From assembly GCF_036321535.1 (NCBI RefSeq), contig NC_087436.1:113152001-113216000 (forward strand): a stretch of DNA of 64,000 bases. The letters are read 5' to 3'. Numbering within the stretch: the first letter of the stretch is position 1; each line of letters opens with the position of its first letter. Shown here in pieces: positions 1-12,200 of this stretch. The stretch is from Camelus dromedarius. Taxonomy: Eukaryota. A program made the position numbers and the translations under genes. The notes under the pieces are model-generated. The model saw nothing but the letters and a program-made list of their open reading frames with translations, had not been told where the DNA came from and did not search any database.

Positions 1-323
1 CCAAAAAACAAATGAACTTATTTACAAAACAGAAACAGATTTACAGACAGAGAAAACAAACTTATGGTTACCAATGGGGGAAGGGAGTAGGAAGGGATAA
101 ATTGGAAGTTCGATACACATTACTATATATAAAATGGATAAACAATAAGGTCCTACTGTACAGCACAGGGAACTATGTTCAATACCTTGTAATAGCCTAT
201 AATGAAAAAATATGAAGATGAATATATGTATGCATGTGTATGACTGAATTATTATACTGTACACCAGAAATTGACATGACATTGTAAACTGACTATACTT
301 CAATTAAAAAAAAAGAAAAAGAA
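1..323 (+). mobile_element. LINE-1 3' end with poly(A) tail (cetartiodactyl-type), cut by window edge
   Basis: Typical L1 3'UTR motifs 'aacaataaggtcctactgtacagcacagggaactat' and 'attgtaaactgactatacttcaatt' followed by an A-tail. Confidence 0.9.
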
Positions 324-724
324 ACCACATGTGTGAAGATCTGAAGACACTGTTTCTGCTTTGGAGAACTACAAGGAGCAGTCTTTTGTTGGTGAGTTGC
401 AAGGAAATGTGATGATATAAATAAAAGTGCTAAGTGAGTATTCTATGTTTTCATTATTATCTGTTTCTCAGCATTGTTTGGTGGGCCAGTGAGACAGTTC
501 ATGTGGAATTGTTTATCAATTTGAAAAATCCTATTAAAATTTAGTTGTTATAAATTCTTTTGGATGAAAATAGTTTTGAAGAGATACCAAGGAATTATGC
601 TTGGAAATTGAGTTATTTATGAATTTCTTTTATTTATAAATTGCCAGTTTTGTCTAATTTCCTTTTTCTAATCTCCTTTTCAAGGGCTAAATTATAAATT
701 CACAATATCTGTTCAATATCAGTG

Positions 725-1490
725 AGCTGGGAGATGTTTTCAGCTCAGTATCGTCCAACCCTGGACCTTTGTACTCTCTCTCTCACAGCCCAGGGAGTGG
801 AAGCCTGGAACGATGTTTCTCAGAATCCCTTGCAGTCAGGGTCCTGGATCCCAGCCAGCCAACCAGGGCGCTCACAGGGATGTGGAGGGCAGAAAGGACT
901 GAGAGGATATTCTTTGGCGGCAGTTGCAGGCAGAGTGAGGACAGTCAACTGATGATGAGCTCCTGGAATCACACATTAGTGTGGCTTCCTAGCAATCCTG
1001 CACTTCTGGGTTTCCCTCAAAAGAGCATGGTTTTTCTCCAATTGTTGGTTCCATAGCCCCCTTTTTAAAAAACTGTTTTATTTGGAAATGATTTTACGTG
1101 AGTTAATTAGTATATGTAATATACTAACATATATGATCATCAATACTATTAGTTATTGATAATTAATGTATCATTATATACAATTATAATTCACAGGAAG
1201 CTGCAAAAATTGCATAAAACCAAATAAAAACTAGCCTCCCTCACTGTAATAGGATATCAAAACTAGAAATTGGCATCAGAGAAATAGTATTAACTAAATA
1301 CAGAACTTACTCAGATTTTAGCAGTTTTTGCATGGATTCATTTGTGTGTTGTGTAGTTCGATGCAATTGAATCCTACGTGTAGATTCTGTATAGTTCTTT
1401 CAATGTTTGCTTAAGGCTTTGATTTCTCATCTTAAAATCCCTACCTAGAGTGATTTTTTTCTAACTGAATCTTGATTGGTATGACTGATC
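725..1490. mobile_element. Old ERVL LTR (LTR33-like) interrupted by an L1M fragment at about 1070-1395
   Basis: 'tttctcagaatcccttgcagtcagggtcctgga' and the terminal 'aaatccctacctagagtgatt...actgaatcttgattggta' resemble LTR33; the AT-rich middle resembles an antisense L1MC/MD 3' end. Confidence 0.55.
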
Positions 1491-3679
1491 ATTTCCTGGT
1501 GTCATCTCATATTTAAAGACTTGTGGTCAAGTTTTGTTTCTTACATTCCATTCCAATCATTCATTTATTCAATTAAAATATTGCTCATTGGTAATTTCTT
1601 CCAACTGCTTTTTTACCCATTGTCTTTGCCAGGGCACTGTCTCGCTACCTATAATTTATTGCAACAGATTTTTAGCTATTTCTTGGGCTTTTCATTGCTA
1701 CATTCTCAAAGTCATCCGTATCATAGTGGATCAAAAATGCAATACTATTTCAATCGTATGTAAATTATGGTAAAATAATTTACATGTGATGAGACAGGAA
1801 ACAAAAAATAAGGGATATAGAAATTGGATTGGAGGAAGCAAACATGTACAACAGATAATAAAATTGTATACCTAAACAGTGCAAGCACTTTAAAAAGGCT
1901 ATTAGAAATAATGTACCTTCAATATGGTTGCCAGATAAAAAAATAAAAACAGTAAAAATAGCTTTACTACATTCTCAAATAATCAGATAGTGAATAGAAT
2001 GTTTAAAAAATTATTGGAAATTCTTGTGATAGCAAAATGATGCTGCCTTCTCAGCAGAGAAAGGGGGGACCAGCCTCCCCCTAAGTCTTGGCTGTTTTTT
2101 CTCATTGGGCCCATAATCAGCTCAACTTGTGCAAAGTACTCACAAAATTTTGGTAAGACATATTTTTTTCCCCTTCTGGTTCTTACCTCTGACTCAGTAA
2201 CTACAGGTGATACAAATCTGGTCTGGGGAAGCCAGTTCAGAAAACACGATGACACACCCATTGTTCCTACGGGGCTAAACACATTTCCTCCTAAAGTGCC
2301 CTAGTGTGCAGAGATGCCCCTGGCTTCTACTTAATTGAAAAAAAAATTTCCCCTAAGGCATTGTAATGACTTGAAACCACACATTTCAGAACATGCTCTT
2401 TGCATTACATTTCCCATTTAGTTGGCTTTCCCAGAATAAATAAGCAGTCTTCCCTAGGGACTATGCAAACCTTTGTTCTCTCTACTAATGGACTAAGAAG
2501 AAATCCTGACTAACATCTGCTAAGTGCCAGCACTGTTCATCAATTATTTCTAGGCATCATCTTAATTAATCCTCACAATCACGCAGATAGAAAATTGAAA
2601 CCACTTTTCCAAAATCTCGAGGCTACCAAAAAGTAGAACCAAGATAAGAACTAGGTGGTGAGGCTCCAAGCCTTTTCAATAGCACCACAGTGTACCACTT
2701 TGCTTGTGGGTGACAATACTTTCCTTCCCAGAAAGGTTTAAAACACATCAGGGTCCGAGAGTCAGCCTGGGCTTTCTGGACAGTGCTCTGCATGAGCCCT
2801 AATGAACCTCATTGGCTGTATCATCTTAGCCTCACTTAATAAGTACACTTGTAGGAAACTATTAGGTAAATGAATGGCACAAGTGATACTATGTAATGAC
2901 AAAAATTGTGAAAGTGATGTGAACGCTGATATTTGGAAAACTCAAATGTAATGGAAGTTCCAACTCTATGACCCAGACTTGTGGATGGAACCCTTGTCAT
3001 GAGGGAGGGAGCGTTTGGATTTGCCTCCAAAGATCGATTCTTCATAACTTCAGCACTGTGATAAAGGCAACAAAGTCCTCATCCCTCTCCAGAGTTTAGT
3101 TCAGAAGGCTCCGTTCTCCGCGATAGCTCTTCTTCAAAGACTAGGAATCGCTTTCTTTCTCATTTTATTTTAAGATTTTGATTGAAGACATTCAGATGCA
3201 GGCCTGGCTTCAAAGCATAGTTTGTAACCAAGAAGGATATCCTGGTTTACATTGCTTAATTAATGATAATATTGATTTAAAAGAAGAAAGAGTTCCCAAA
3301 TCCCAGCAATTTCCATCAGTAGTAGAGGCAGCCCCTGTGCAAACAGTGAAACCAAAATGTCCCTTGAAAGAATTCAATCTCTAGCCCTTCCAACCTCCAA
3401 TCTCCTCATTTCACAACTATCACTATCTTTTTTGCTTGTTTTTTCCCCCCCAGTTTTTTCACTTTTCACGCTCAGCCTCGTGACCATGCCCACAGTAATT
3501 GTGCATACATTTTTTGTCTTAATCAACAGTGAAGTTTCTACTTACTTGGTAGATTATTCAGAATAAATGTATTTACTGAAGCTGGCTTGTTTCAGTCAAA
3601 CAACACATAACAGCTCCTTTGAAGATCACAAAAAATCTAAATCACATGTTATTTGAAATGTACATATGTTGCCAAGTAA

Positions 3680-3830
3680 GAAAGTAAAAGGAAAAGAAGA
3701 AAATAAGAGAGAGAAGGAAGGGCGATCAGAAGGAAGATAGGAAGCAAGGAAAAAAAGAAAGGACAGAGGAAAAGGGAGAAAGAAAAGCACTGAAAGAAAA
3801 ACAGAGCAGAAGGGGAAGGCAAAGCAAAGG
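3680..3830. repeat. Purine-rich (GA/AAG) low-complexity tract
   Basis: Almost entirely A and G. Confidence 0.8.
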
Positions 3831-4017
3831 GGCACGTCTTGTAAGTAAATGAAGGACACAGCCTGTGCATTTTCCCAGGAGACTATCTATCTCCCATTTC
3901 CATGATTTCTGGTGTACCACAGCACATCATTCATCTACTGATGCAGCAACTAATAAGCTAACCTAACAAGACCTCAACTACAGCTACGACTTACACTTGC
4001 AAGTGCCAGCTTTCAGC

Positions 4018-4209
4018 TGGGTGACCAGTTATCCTGGTTTGCCTGGGACTGCAGGGATTCCCCAGATATGGGACCTGCAGTTTTAAAATATAGATGGTCC
4101 AGATAAACCAAGATGGTCTGCCTGGGACTGAGGAGTTTTCCAGGGCATGAGACTTACAGTGCTAACACCAAGAAAGTCCTGGGCAAATTGAGAAAAGTTG
4201 GTCACTTTA
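4018..4209. mobile_element. hAT-Blackjack MITE (MER81/MER94-like), internally duplicated
   Basis: TIR-like ends 'gggtgacca'...'ttggtcac'; the core 'tgcctgggactg' occurs twice. Confidence 0.7.
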
Positions 4210-4309
4210 TCCTACGCCATTTGAGTATAGTGCAGAAACATCTTCAGCTCGTTTTAGCACATATTCTGTGTGTCAGGATCTGTGCTAAGTGTTGTACGTA
4301 CTGCAGTGG

Positions 4310-4905
4310 ACATTTTTTTCTGCCTTCCTAGCACCCCAGTATTCTCTGAGCACTGCTCCCCTATCTTCTGTGGTTCTAACCGGGCTCTCATGTACAGTTA
4401 CCTTCGCTCCTGGCATCTCCCTGGAGGTGAGAAAGTCAACCGGGTTGGACCAAGCCTAGTAAAAGACCACATGACACAATGGAAACAGTGACTGGCTGAG
4501 GGCTGAGCGTGTAACGCAAGAGAGACGGCCCGTGGGAGAGAGCAGTCCCTTTTGCTTCTAGTGAAGACTAGATTATCGCTGGTCATCCCATCCAGCACGT
4601 ACGACAAAGTCAACAGACGCAGAAGGAAGCGGGGCAGCAGAGAAGGAGAGGATACAGGGCAGCATTTGAGCCCCTGGACCTTGCTAACATGAAGCTAACA
4701 CCATTCCTAAATTGCCCAATTGCGTGAGCTAGTGCGTTCTCCCCATTTTTTTTAAATTTCAGCTTTATTGAGGTACAACTGACAAATAAAATTGAAAGAT
4801 ATTTGAAGTGTACATTGTGGTGATTTGATAGATATTCCCTTTTTCTAAAGCTAGTCTGAGTTGGGTGTGTCTCATGTGCAACAGTAGAGTTGTGACTGGT
4901 AGACA
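4310..4905 (+). mobile_element. MaLR LTR (MLT1K/L-like) containing a short antisense L1MA 3' fragment at about 4746-4838
   Basis: 'tttgagcccctggacc...aagctagtctgagttgggtgtgtc' is an MLT1-type 3' end; 'ctttattgaggtacaactgacaaataaaattg' is the reverse of an L1MA 3' end. Confidence 0.6.
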
Positions 4906-4946
4906 TACGTGGACTTAGTCTCCGAGACTCGGTCCTGCGAAACAGG

Positions 4947-5026
4947 TGTAGGCGGAACCATATGAAATCGCCAACATTTGACTTCTCTTGGCTTCGAATA
5001 TGGCAAGTTCACTTGGTTCAACTTAA
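4947..5026. mobile_element. MADE2-like mariner MITE (about 80 bp) inserted in a MIR
   Basis: 'gaaccatatgaaatcgcc...ggcaagttcacttggttcaac' forms an imperfect inverted repeat matching MADE2. Confidence 0.7.
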
Positions 5027-5147
5027 GCATTATTTTCATTTTACAGATGAGGGAAAATACTCAGTGGTGATAAGCAGTGTGCCCAGAGTTGCACATTTAT
5101 TAGACAGCAGACCTGGAATCAAATCCAGGTCTGTTTGATTCTAAGGT
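5027..5147 (-). mobile_element. MIR SINE fragment
   Basis: Core 'cattttacagatgagg...tgcccagagttgcaca...ggaatcaaatccaggtctgtttgattc'. Confidence 0.8.
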
Positions 5148-6619
5148 ACACAAATACAGTTCTGACTGTTTACGCTGCCTGAAAAAAAAATCTCTTGAAA
5201 GCTACTGTTTTTTAGCTTACAAATGCCTTCAAAAGACACTAGGTTGTGACTCATCCTATGTATGAAGTTACATATTGTGCCAAACACCTGCTTGTTATGT
5301 CTAAAATTCCTGTTTCACTGGACGTTTTGTGAAAAGAGATCAGATACGTAAATGTGTCCAGCAAGCTGGAAACACCGTTCTACACTAGTGTGAATTTACA
5401 TTTTGGAACAGATAAAGCTCCAGGCGACCATATATTAGATTTCCAAATTTACTCCAGCTTTGGTTTTCACTGACAATCAACAGATGTAATTTTTGACAAG
5501 GAGACATTCTTCACCCATCTACTCTCTGTACAGAGACCGTGTAATTGCCTCCCATACCTCAAACCGAAAGCAGCTGTGTCAGTGAGATAAGCATTCTGGG
5601 TATCTTCTTTTATCATCCACGTCCCATGTGCTTCCTCACTGGTGCAGCAGAATTATGCTTGCCTAGAAAGCATCTCTTTTCCACGGTGGTTTTCTACATA
5701 CTCTAAAAACCTCAGAGTAGGATTTGGAGAAGTTCTTCTGTCATTTTTTAGCATTTATTCTACATGAGGTTATTACAATTCAGGACTGTCTGTTAATTGT
5801 AACAAGGACTAGAGAAACGAGTCTGGTTACAGCATGGATGCTATTCTTTAGTAAATGTCTTTGGCATTATCTGCTGAGCATCTCCTTTCTATGAATCCCC
5901 ACCCCGCCACGGTGGCAGGCCATAGTCACTGGCTATTGCAGCTGTAATGCTGCAGCATAACTCCAAAACAAACATTTATTTTCTCTTGTCATGGCAGGCT
6001 TGGAATGTGCCCAAGATCACACAGCTGGTAAATGGTGAAACAGATATCATTGAACACCTACTAAGTGCCAAGCAAAAGAAGAGGCTGATAAAAACCAAAC
6101 CAAACTAAACCAAAGGCTATTTATGTCTCAGCTGATGAAATTACAAGTGAAAATGATACCATCACAGCTCTGGAGAGAAAATCAAAAAGAGAGACTACAT
6201 CCAGGAGGAAAGATCTGACATTATCTAATAAAGGCAGCAGTGCTATGTTTGCTAGGGGCTGGGGATACGGATACACTGGCCAGAACGGTAGCCACTGTCA
6301 GGTCATAACAAGATTAATTAGACAATGCAAATATAAAAGCAGTCCAAGTGGAAGCTGGGGTTGTGTCTCTAATTTCATTTGCACGAGAGGGTGAAGAGAA
6401 GGGAAATATTTGAAACCATTTTTGAGTGTCTCTTCTGTGCCAGGCATTGTTATGTGAGAAGAATTCACATGATGATCTTCTAAGAAAAGTACATGTCATT
6501 TCACATGTTACATCTCCCCAGACACCATTTTCTTTAGGTCTAATGTAAGCATAGTGTTCTTTCTTTCTTAGCATTGTCTTACTTTGTGTCTAACACATTG
6601 CAGGCTTCCAAGGCCAAAA

Positions 6620-7110
6620 GCAGTCCTTTTAGCAGACTCTGCCAATTGCTTCCCAACGTTGATTTTTCTTTTCTTTCTGATTAACGGAGATCTTGTCTGT
6701 TTGGGGTGGGGGGTAATGCGACCATGTAAATACCCATTTCTCCAGACTCCCTGTGGCCAGGGAAGGTTGTGTGACCCCCCTCCTCCCACAACCCCAGTAG
6801 GGATAATGATATGCCAGCAGAGGTTGATGGAAGAGGTTGCTGGGAAACTTCCTCAAGGGGAAGGACAGCTGGTGTCACCTGCTCAGATTTTGTTTTTTTG
6901 TATTTTGCCTTCATGCAGAAGGCGGTCGTGACACTGACGTAGACCAGACAACTTGTGATCATGATCAAGAAAGCCACATACCAAGATGGACGAGCAGAAA
7001 GGCAGAAGGAACCTGGGTCTCCGATGACCTTGTGAAGCCATTGTATCGACCCTTGACTGCATATCTCCAAACTCACTGCTATTTAGGTGAGAAACAGAAA
7101 CCTCTGTTTA
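6620..7110. mobile_element. Old ERVL LTR (LTR16-like)
   Basis: 'catttctccagactccctgtggccagg' and 'aagatggacgagcagaaaggcagaaggaacctgggtctccgatgac' are typical LTR16 motifs. Confidence 0.6.
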
Positions 7111-7579
7111 CATGCAGTGGAACGTTCCTTATTGACATACTTACCCTGTTCTCAACATGGAATACTTTCAGATTTGTGTACAATACTTCACTGTTGCAAA
7201 AGATTTGGCTTCGTTTTGAACAAACTGTCTGGAATAGTTCATTTTTCTTTCTAGATGAGGCATTATTTGGCTGCAGTATAACAAAATTCTGCTCAAAAGA
7301 AAACACCAATTAAACATGTCTTCTTTTAAAAAAAAAAAAATCCAGTACACAATCATGATGGCCTGTAGAAATGGCTTCCACCTGGCTGAATGGCTGTGCT
7401 GAGCTCAGTCTTGCCAACCAGGGCAAAACAGAAAAATCAGAGCTTAAAGTGAATAAAAGGACCTCCAACGGAAGTGATGCAAGCAAAGAATTAACGAGGC
7501 TTCTTTGAAGGCTTGCACTCGTTAATGTTCTAACTTTCACAGTGAGGTTTGGTAGAAAAAGAAGAAAAGAATTTCAAAA

Positions 7580-7770
7580 TAGAGAATCCATGTTCAAATC
7601 TCCATGGAGTCACTTGCCATCTGTATGATTTGAGGCAAACCTTTTCATCTGTTTAAGCTTTAGTCTTCCACGCTGCAAAATTACGATGATAACAACAAAA
7701 ACAGCAACCACAATAACACCTTCTTAAAGAGTTGATATAAAAGTAAGACCCCCGTCTGTAAGCACTAAAA
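7580..7770 (+). mobile_element. MIR SINE, degenerate
   Basis: 'gttcaaatc...cacttgccatctgtatgatttgaggcaaac'. Confidence 0.55.
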
Positions 7771-7979
7771 TATTACCCAAGCTTTCATTGCTTTTGAGAG
7801 GTGAAAAGCTCTGTCAAGTGCGAAACAGCGCCAAGTTTGGTCTGGTTGCCTCTGGCAGGGAATTCAGGGTCTCAAGGTGCGAAACTGAGATGTTGAAGGA
7901 TATATGGACTGTAAATTCTCTGTTGAAGGTGAGCAACAAAGGTCTCTTTGTGGCTATAATGAAATATTTCTTGCAAACA

Positions 7980-8220
7980 CAGGCCTCGGTCATTAGGGCG
8001 GGTGGGGGAAAAAGGAAGAAAACTGGTTTTTGAGCACTGATTACGGCACTTCGGTGTTTTACGTATATGATCTCCTGTAATTAACCGGAGGCGCGAAGCT
8101 GCGTCCACAAATTCTCTGAGGGCCGAGCTTTTATATTTACGTACGTGGAGTTACCCTGGCCGCAAAGTTGGTGGGATGGCATGGCTCAGGCAAGAGGATC
8201 AGGAGTGCTGACTCAGGTAG
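7980..8220. promoter_or_regulatory. Candidate CpG-retaining enhancer
   Basis: 13 CpG in 7981-8162 in non-repeat DNA; GC box 7996-8001, TAATTA 8078-8083, TACGTG 8142-8147, TGCTGACTCAG 8206-8216. Confidence 0.45.
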
Positions 8221-8414
8221 GGAAGTCTGGGTCTGGATCAGACTAGGGGAAAGGTCTGGGATCTGAAGTTAGCTCCTCAGTCACTCACGGAAGGATGAGA
8301 GTCTCCTTAATCCAAGCTTAAGGAGTCTCAGCCCTGCTTATGTGGAGGGAAGGAAGGAAAGAGAATTTCTAGCCATTAAGACCTCCTACATCAGCTTGTC
8401 ATGCTTACCTCTTA

Positions 8415-8615
8415 GGTAATAATGAGTGTAAACATTTTGCTGTGTGGCAGACTCTGTACTAAACACTTTTAATTATTAACTCGCTTATCTCCACAACAAC
8501 ACTGTGGAGTCCTATGATTATCCCCACTTGACGGATGGAAAAACTGAGGACTAGAGAGGTTAAGGGACTTGCCCAAAGTCACCTGGTTGGACTGAAATTG
8601 AGGCAGCCTGGCTCT
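8415..8615 (-). mobile_element. MIR SINE
   Basis: 'gatggaaaaactgaggactagagaggttaagggacttgcccaaagtcac'. Confidence 0.85.
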
Positions 8616-9589
8616 GGGACCCCACATTTCATGGAGATGTTATTTTATCTCTTAACGGGGAGAAATAATGTGGAACATATGTCAGACAGCTGGGCTGTGA
8701 ATCTTGAGGACTCAGCTCATAAGAAACTCAAAAGTATTCATGCGTTTTCTTGGTGAAATAAAGGTGGAAGAATTGCCCAGAGATCCTTTTGGCTTTTCAG
8801 TGAATTAAAATGTAACCCTCTACTCATATAGAGCAATGTTTCCCCTTAGTCTAATGTGAGATTTCAGGATTTGGGGAGACATCTGGAATTTATTTATGCC
8901 ATTTGGGTTTTGAAATTCAATATTAACTTCTTATAATAAAAGAGACAAAGAAAGAAGTCAGAGTGGACCAGGTTAGTGAAATTTGACACACAGGGCATGT
9001 ATATGCGAAGTAGGCTTTAATGTCTGGCTAAAATATTGCTCCAAATACCCTGGACCACTGCTCTTTAAAGGGAAAAAACACATTTTTGAAATCATCTTGA
9101 CAATGAAAAGGGCTATATTTTAGGGTTTTCTTTCTCCTCCAGATAATGTTGTAAATGGCGTAAGTGATTAACTTGCCTTGGCTGAGATTAAATTTGGCAC
9201 CAAGGTAATTAGAAAAATACCACATTGACTGTCCGAGTTTTTCATTCTGATCCTGGAGAGGCAGCCCCGGCTTCAGATCCAGGCCGCCTGGACTGGTTTT
9301 GCCAGTTACGTAATTTTGGATAATCTCACTGAATCAGTTTCTAAACCTAGAGGATATTTCAGGCAGAAAGTAGAAGATGGAAAGCAGGCATAAAAATTGG
9401 GGATACTTTAGATGGTTCATTATGGGCAAAGTGGAAAGTACTGGCGAGGATGTTTCGGTGATGGAGCTTCGGAGGTAAGATCGTAAGCAGGCTTGTGTCT
9501 CTGGCCAGGTATTTGGACTCCTTCCTGAAAGCAACAGGGAGCTACCAAAGGGTGGTTTTAATTGGAATCTTTTAAAACACTGAACAGAA

Positions 9590-10130
9590 TTGGTTTTCCT
9601 TATTATGAACATAATAGCTTATGGTAGAAAAAAATAGACAAAGAAAAAGGGAAATGCTCTCAATTAAATCAAATTTGAGAGCTTTTGTTAACCTCTTGGG
9701 AATGTTTTCCCTCCTCACAGATGGGGGCTTTAACAAGATGTAATCAGATTCTAACTACTCATTTATAATCTTTTCTATTATGATTATATAAATACCTATG
9801 TAAGTCAATGTAGATTTGTTTACATGGTCATTTGAATGACTACATAGTATTAAATGGCTGTATGGACAGACCATAATTTCTTTAATATTGTTCTATTCTT
9901 GGGTGTCTCCACGTGTTGGAATAATAAAGACACCTGTAATGAACATCTCCATACTAAGTTTTAGCACATTTCCATAATTTTTCTTTAGTATAAGCTTTAA
10001 GACATGGAAGGTTATGCTTATTTTAAAGAGTTTCACATATATTGCCAAGGCACTCCTCAGTAAAGCTGTGCAAATTACCCTGCAGACTTTGAGGCTACTC
10101 ATTTCATTCCAGAGCCTAAGCAGGACATGG
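9590..10130 (-). mobile_element. Old L1 (L1ME-like) 3' fragment
   Basis: 'gactacatagtatt...gtatggacagaccataatt...gtaatgaacatc...catatattgccaa' matches antisense L1M. Confidence 0.65.
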
Positions 10131-10139
10131 CAGTTAATT

Positions 10140-10460
10140 TCTGACAGATTTAGAATGTTGTTCCAGGAAAGCAATAAGGATGGTAAAATTGGGGTCAATG
10201 AGAGAAATGGGGATGTCAAATGTGCGGAACTGCTGTCTTGAAAGAGGGAACTGGTAATGTCTTCAAATATTTGAGATACCACCATGAGGAAGGAGGTTTG
10301 ACCCTGTACTGTGTAGTTTCCAAGGACAGAACTAAGATCAGTTAGTAGAAATTCCACAAAGAGAGTCTGCCTTAATAGGAAGATTTTCTGTCCATTTGAT
10401 GCTAGAATATGTGAGTGGCTGATGCAGTATCTTGGTAGGATGTCTCAGGGATAATTCCAT
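10140..10460 (+). mobile_element. CR1/L3 LINE 3' fragment
   Basis: 'tgtcttcaaatatttgag...tgtgtagtttccaaggacagaactaagatcag...aataggaagattttct' resembles the L3 ORF2 end. Confidence 0.6.
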
Positions 10461-10632
10461 TTAGTGTCTATGTCCTTTCAAGGGAAAAAAAAAACAATTC
10501 TATAATGGAATGTTTTAATTTTTTTGACATCCATAATGTCCTCTGGGCTAGTTAATGCTTATCAGTCTTAGAATAAATCAAGCTGAGGCTGAGTTTAAAT
10601 GCAAATGTTAAGTGTGTGAGTAACTTTTAGAT

Positions 10633-11271
10633 ATAGTTAATCTGTGGATTCTGTATTGGCAAATTCTCCTACTTACTGAAATGCATTTGCAACCCGGAAA
10701 TCAGCACTCAAGGCTTTCCTGGTTGTTGGCGGATATGCACAGAACTGCAAAATATTCGAGTCACGTGACACGCATGTTCCCAGCTGAGGGCGACCAAGGC
10801 TGTGCTCTGCTTTCTTCTTTCAGCTCCCACGCTGTCAACGGGTATCTGTTTTGTAATCTGTGTTGTGCCACATTTTTTGCACTTTTTGGTTTTTGTTGGT
10901 GATTTTGCTGTTTACAGTGGCCCCCAAGCAGAGAAAAGCTGGTGTTCCTGAGTGCATGTTCCTAAGAAAGCCACGATGTGCCTTATGGAGAAAATATGTG
11001 CATTAGATAAGCATCCTTTAGGCATGAATTACAGTTCTGATGACATGTATTCAACGCTAATGAATCAACAATATGTACTGAATAAAGCGTCTTTAAACAG
11101 AAACACGTGTGAAACAAGGGTCTGTGTAGGTCAGTTCTTGAAAACGCTGTGACCAGAGGCTTGCAGGCACCTAACTTTGTGTTCCCCCTAGGAGCAATGA
11201 ATTTGCTAATTTGGTCTTTGAAATGACTTGAAATAGAACAGCACTATTGTGAGCAGCAAGAATTGATTATA
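10633..11271. mobile_element. Tigger-family DNA transposon deletion derivative (MER82-like)
   Basis: Matches recalled MER82 blocks ('gtgaccagaggcttgcaggcacctaac...cccctaggagcaatg'); ORF 10952-11152 KKATMCLMEKICALDK...GMNYS resembles the Tigger transposase N-terminal HTH. Confidence 0.85.
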
Positions 11272-11679
11272 TGTGGTATTAAAAGATGGGTGATTCCCTT
11301 TGCTTGTAGAACCCAACTCTCACATGACTGGTCTCCCACTGCCATCCCAAAGCCCTGATTATTCAGAGGATGGCTGGCTCTCTCCATGTGGAGACCCCAA
11401 AGCCTTTCAGTGGCCAGACCATCCTATTACTCCTGCCAGACCTTGGTGGAGGAGGCCAAGCCCAAGCATGTCAGGGGTCAGGGACAGCCCAAGTCTAGTG
11501 GCATTGCCCTTTTCATGAGTCATTTAAATATCCCAGGTCAGTAATGACACTATTACATGCCTGTAACAGTCAGGGTCTGTGTTTTCCTCAGGTTTTTTAC
11601 CCCTTAACACAGAGCGCAGTGTTGGGTGATATAGAACCTTTCTGGATGGAAAGCAGCAGTGAACCTTAATGGAGCCTTA

Positions 11680-11846
11680 ACAGCACAGGGAACTATTCAA
11701 CTTCTTGTAATAACATATAATGGAAAAGAATCTGAAAAGAAAAAAAAAGATGTGTGCATATATGTATAACTGAATCGCTTTGCTGTTCACCTGAAACTAA
11801 CATTGTAAACCACCTATGCTTCAATAAAAGACAAAAAAAAAAAAAA
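11680..11846 (+). mobile_element. 5'-truncated L1 3' end with poly(A)
   Basis: 'cagcacagggaactattcaa...gtataactgaatcgctttgctgttcacctgaaactaacattgtaaacc...caataaaa' plus A-tail. Confidence 0.88.
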
Positions 11847-12069
11847 CTGTTGTCATTTACTGAACATTAAGGAGACTGAAAAGTGGAGGAAGAGCTTTGG
11901 TGAAAGCTGCTGTGCCAGTCGCCCGCCCACTAGACCCCCTTGCAGACCAGTGACTGAAGGGTTAATGTCTGGCGCAGCAGGGGGCTTCCCTCCCCAGCTC
12001 CGACCTCCTTCTGCTTGCTGAGCCCTGTACCCTTGGTCTCAGTCAATCTCCAGCACTGCTCTCTGCAGC

Positions 12070-12200
12070 CCCCTTATTATCCACATTTCTTTGATGGGAA
12101 AAGTAAGCTTCAGGGAAAATGTGAACCTTGTCCAAACACACACGACTAGCAAGTGGCAGAGCTGGGCTTTGAGCCGAAGAATCTGCAAGCAGCCAGTCCA
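12070..12200 (-). mobile_element. MIR SINE fragment
   Basis: 'ttgtccaaacacacacgactagcaagtggcagagctgggctttgagcc'. Confidence 0.7.
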
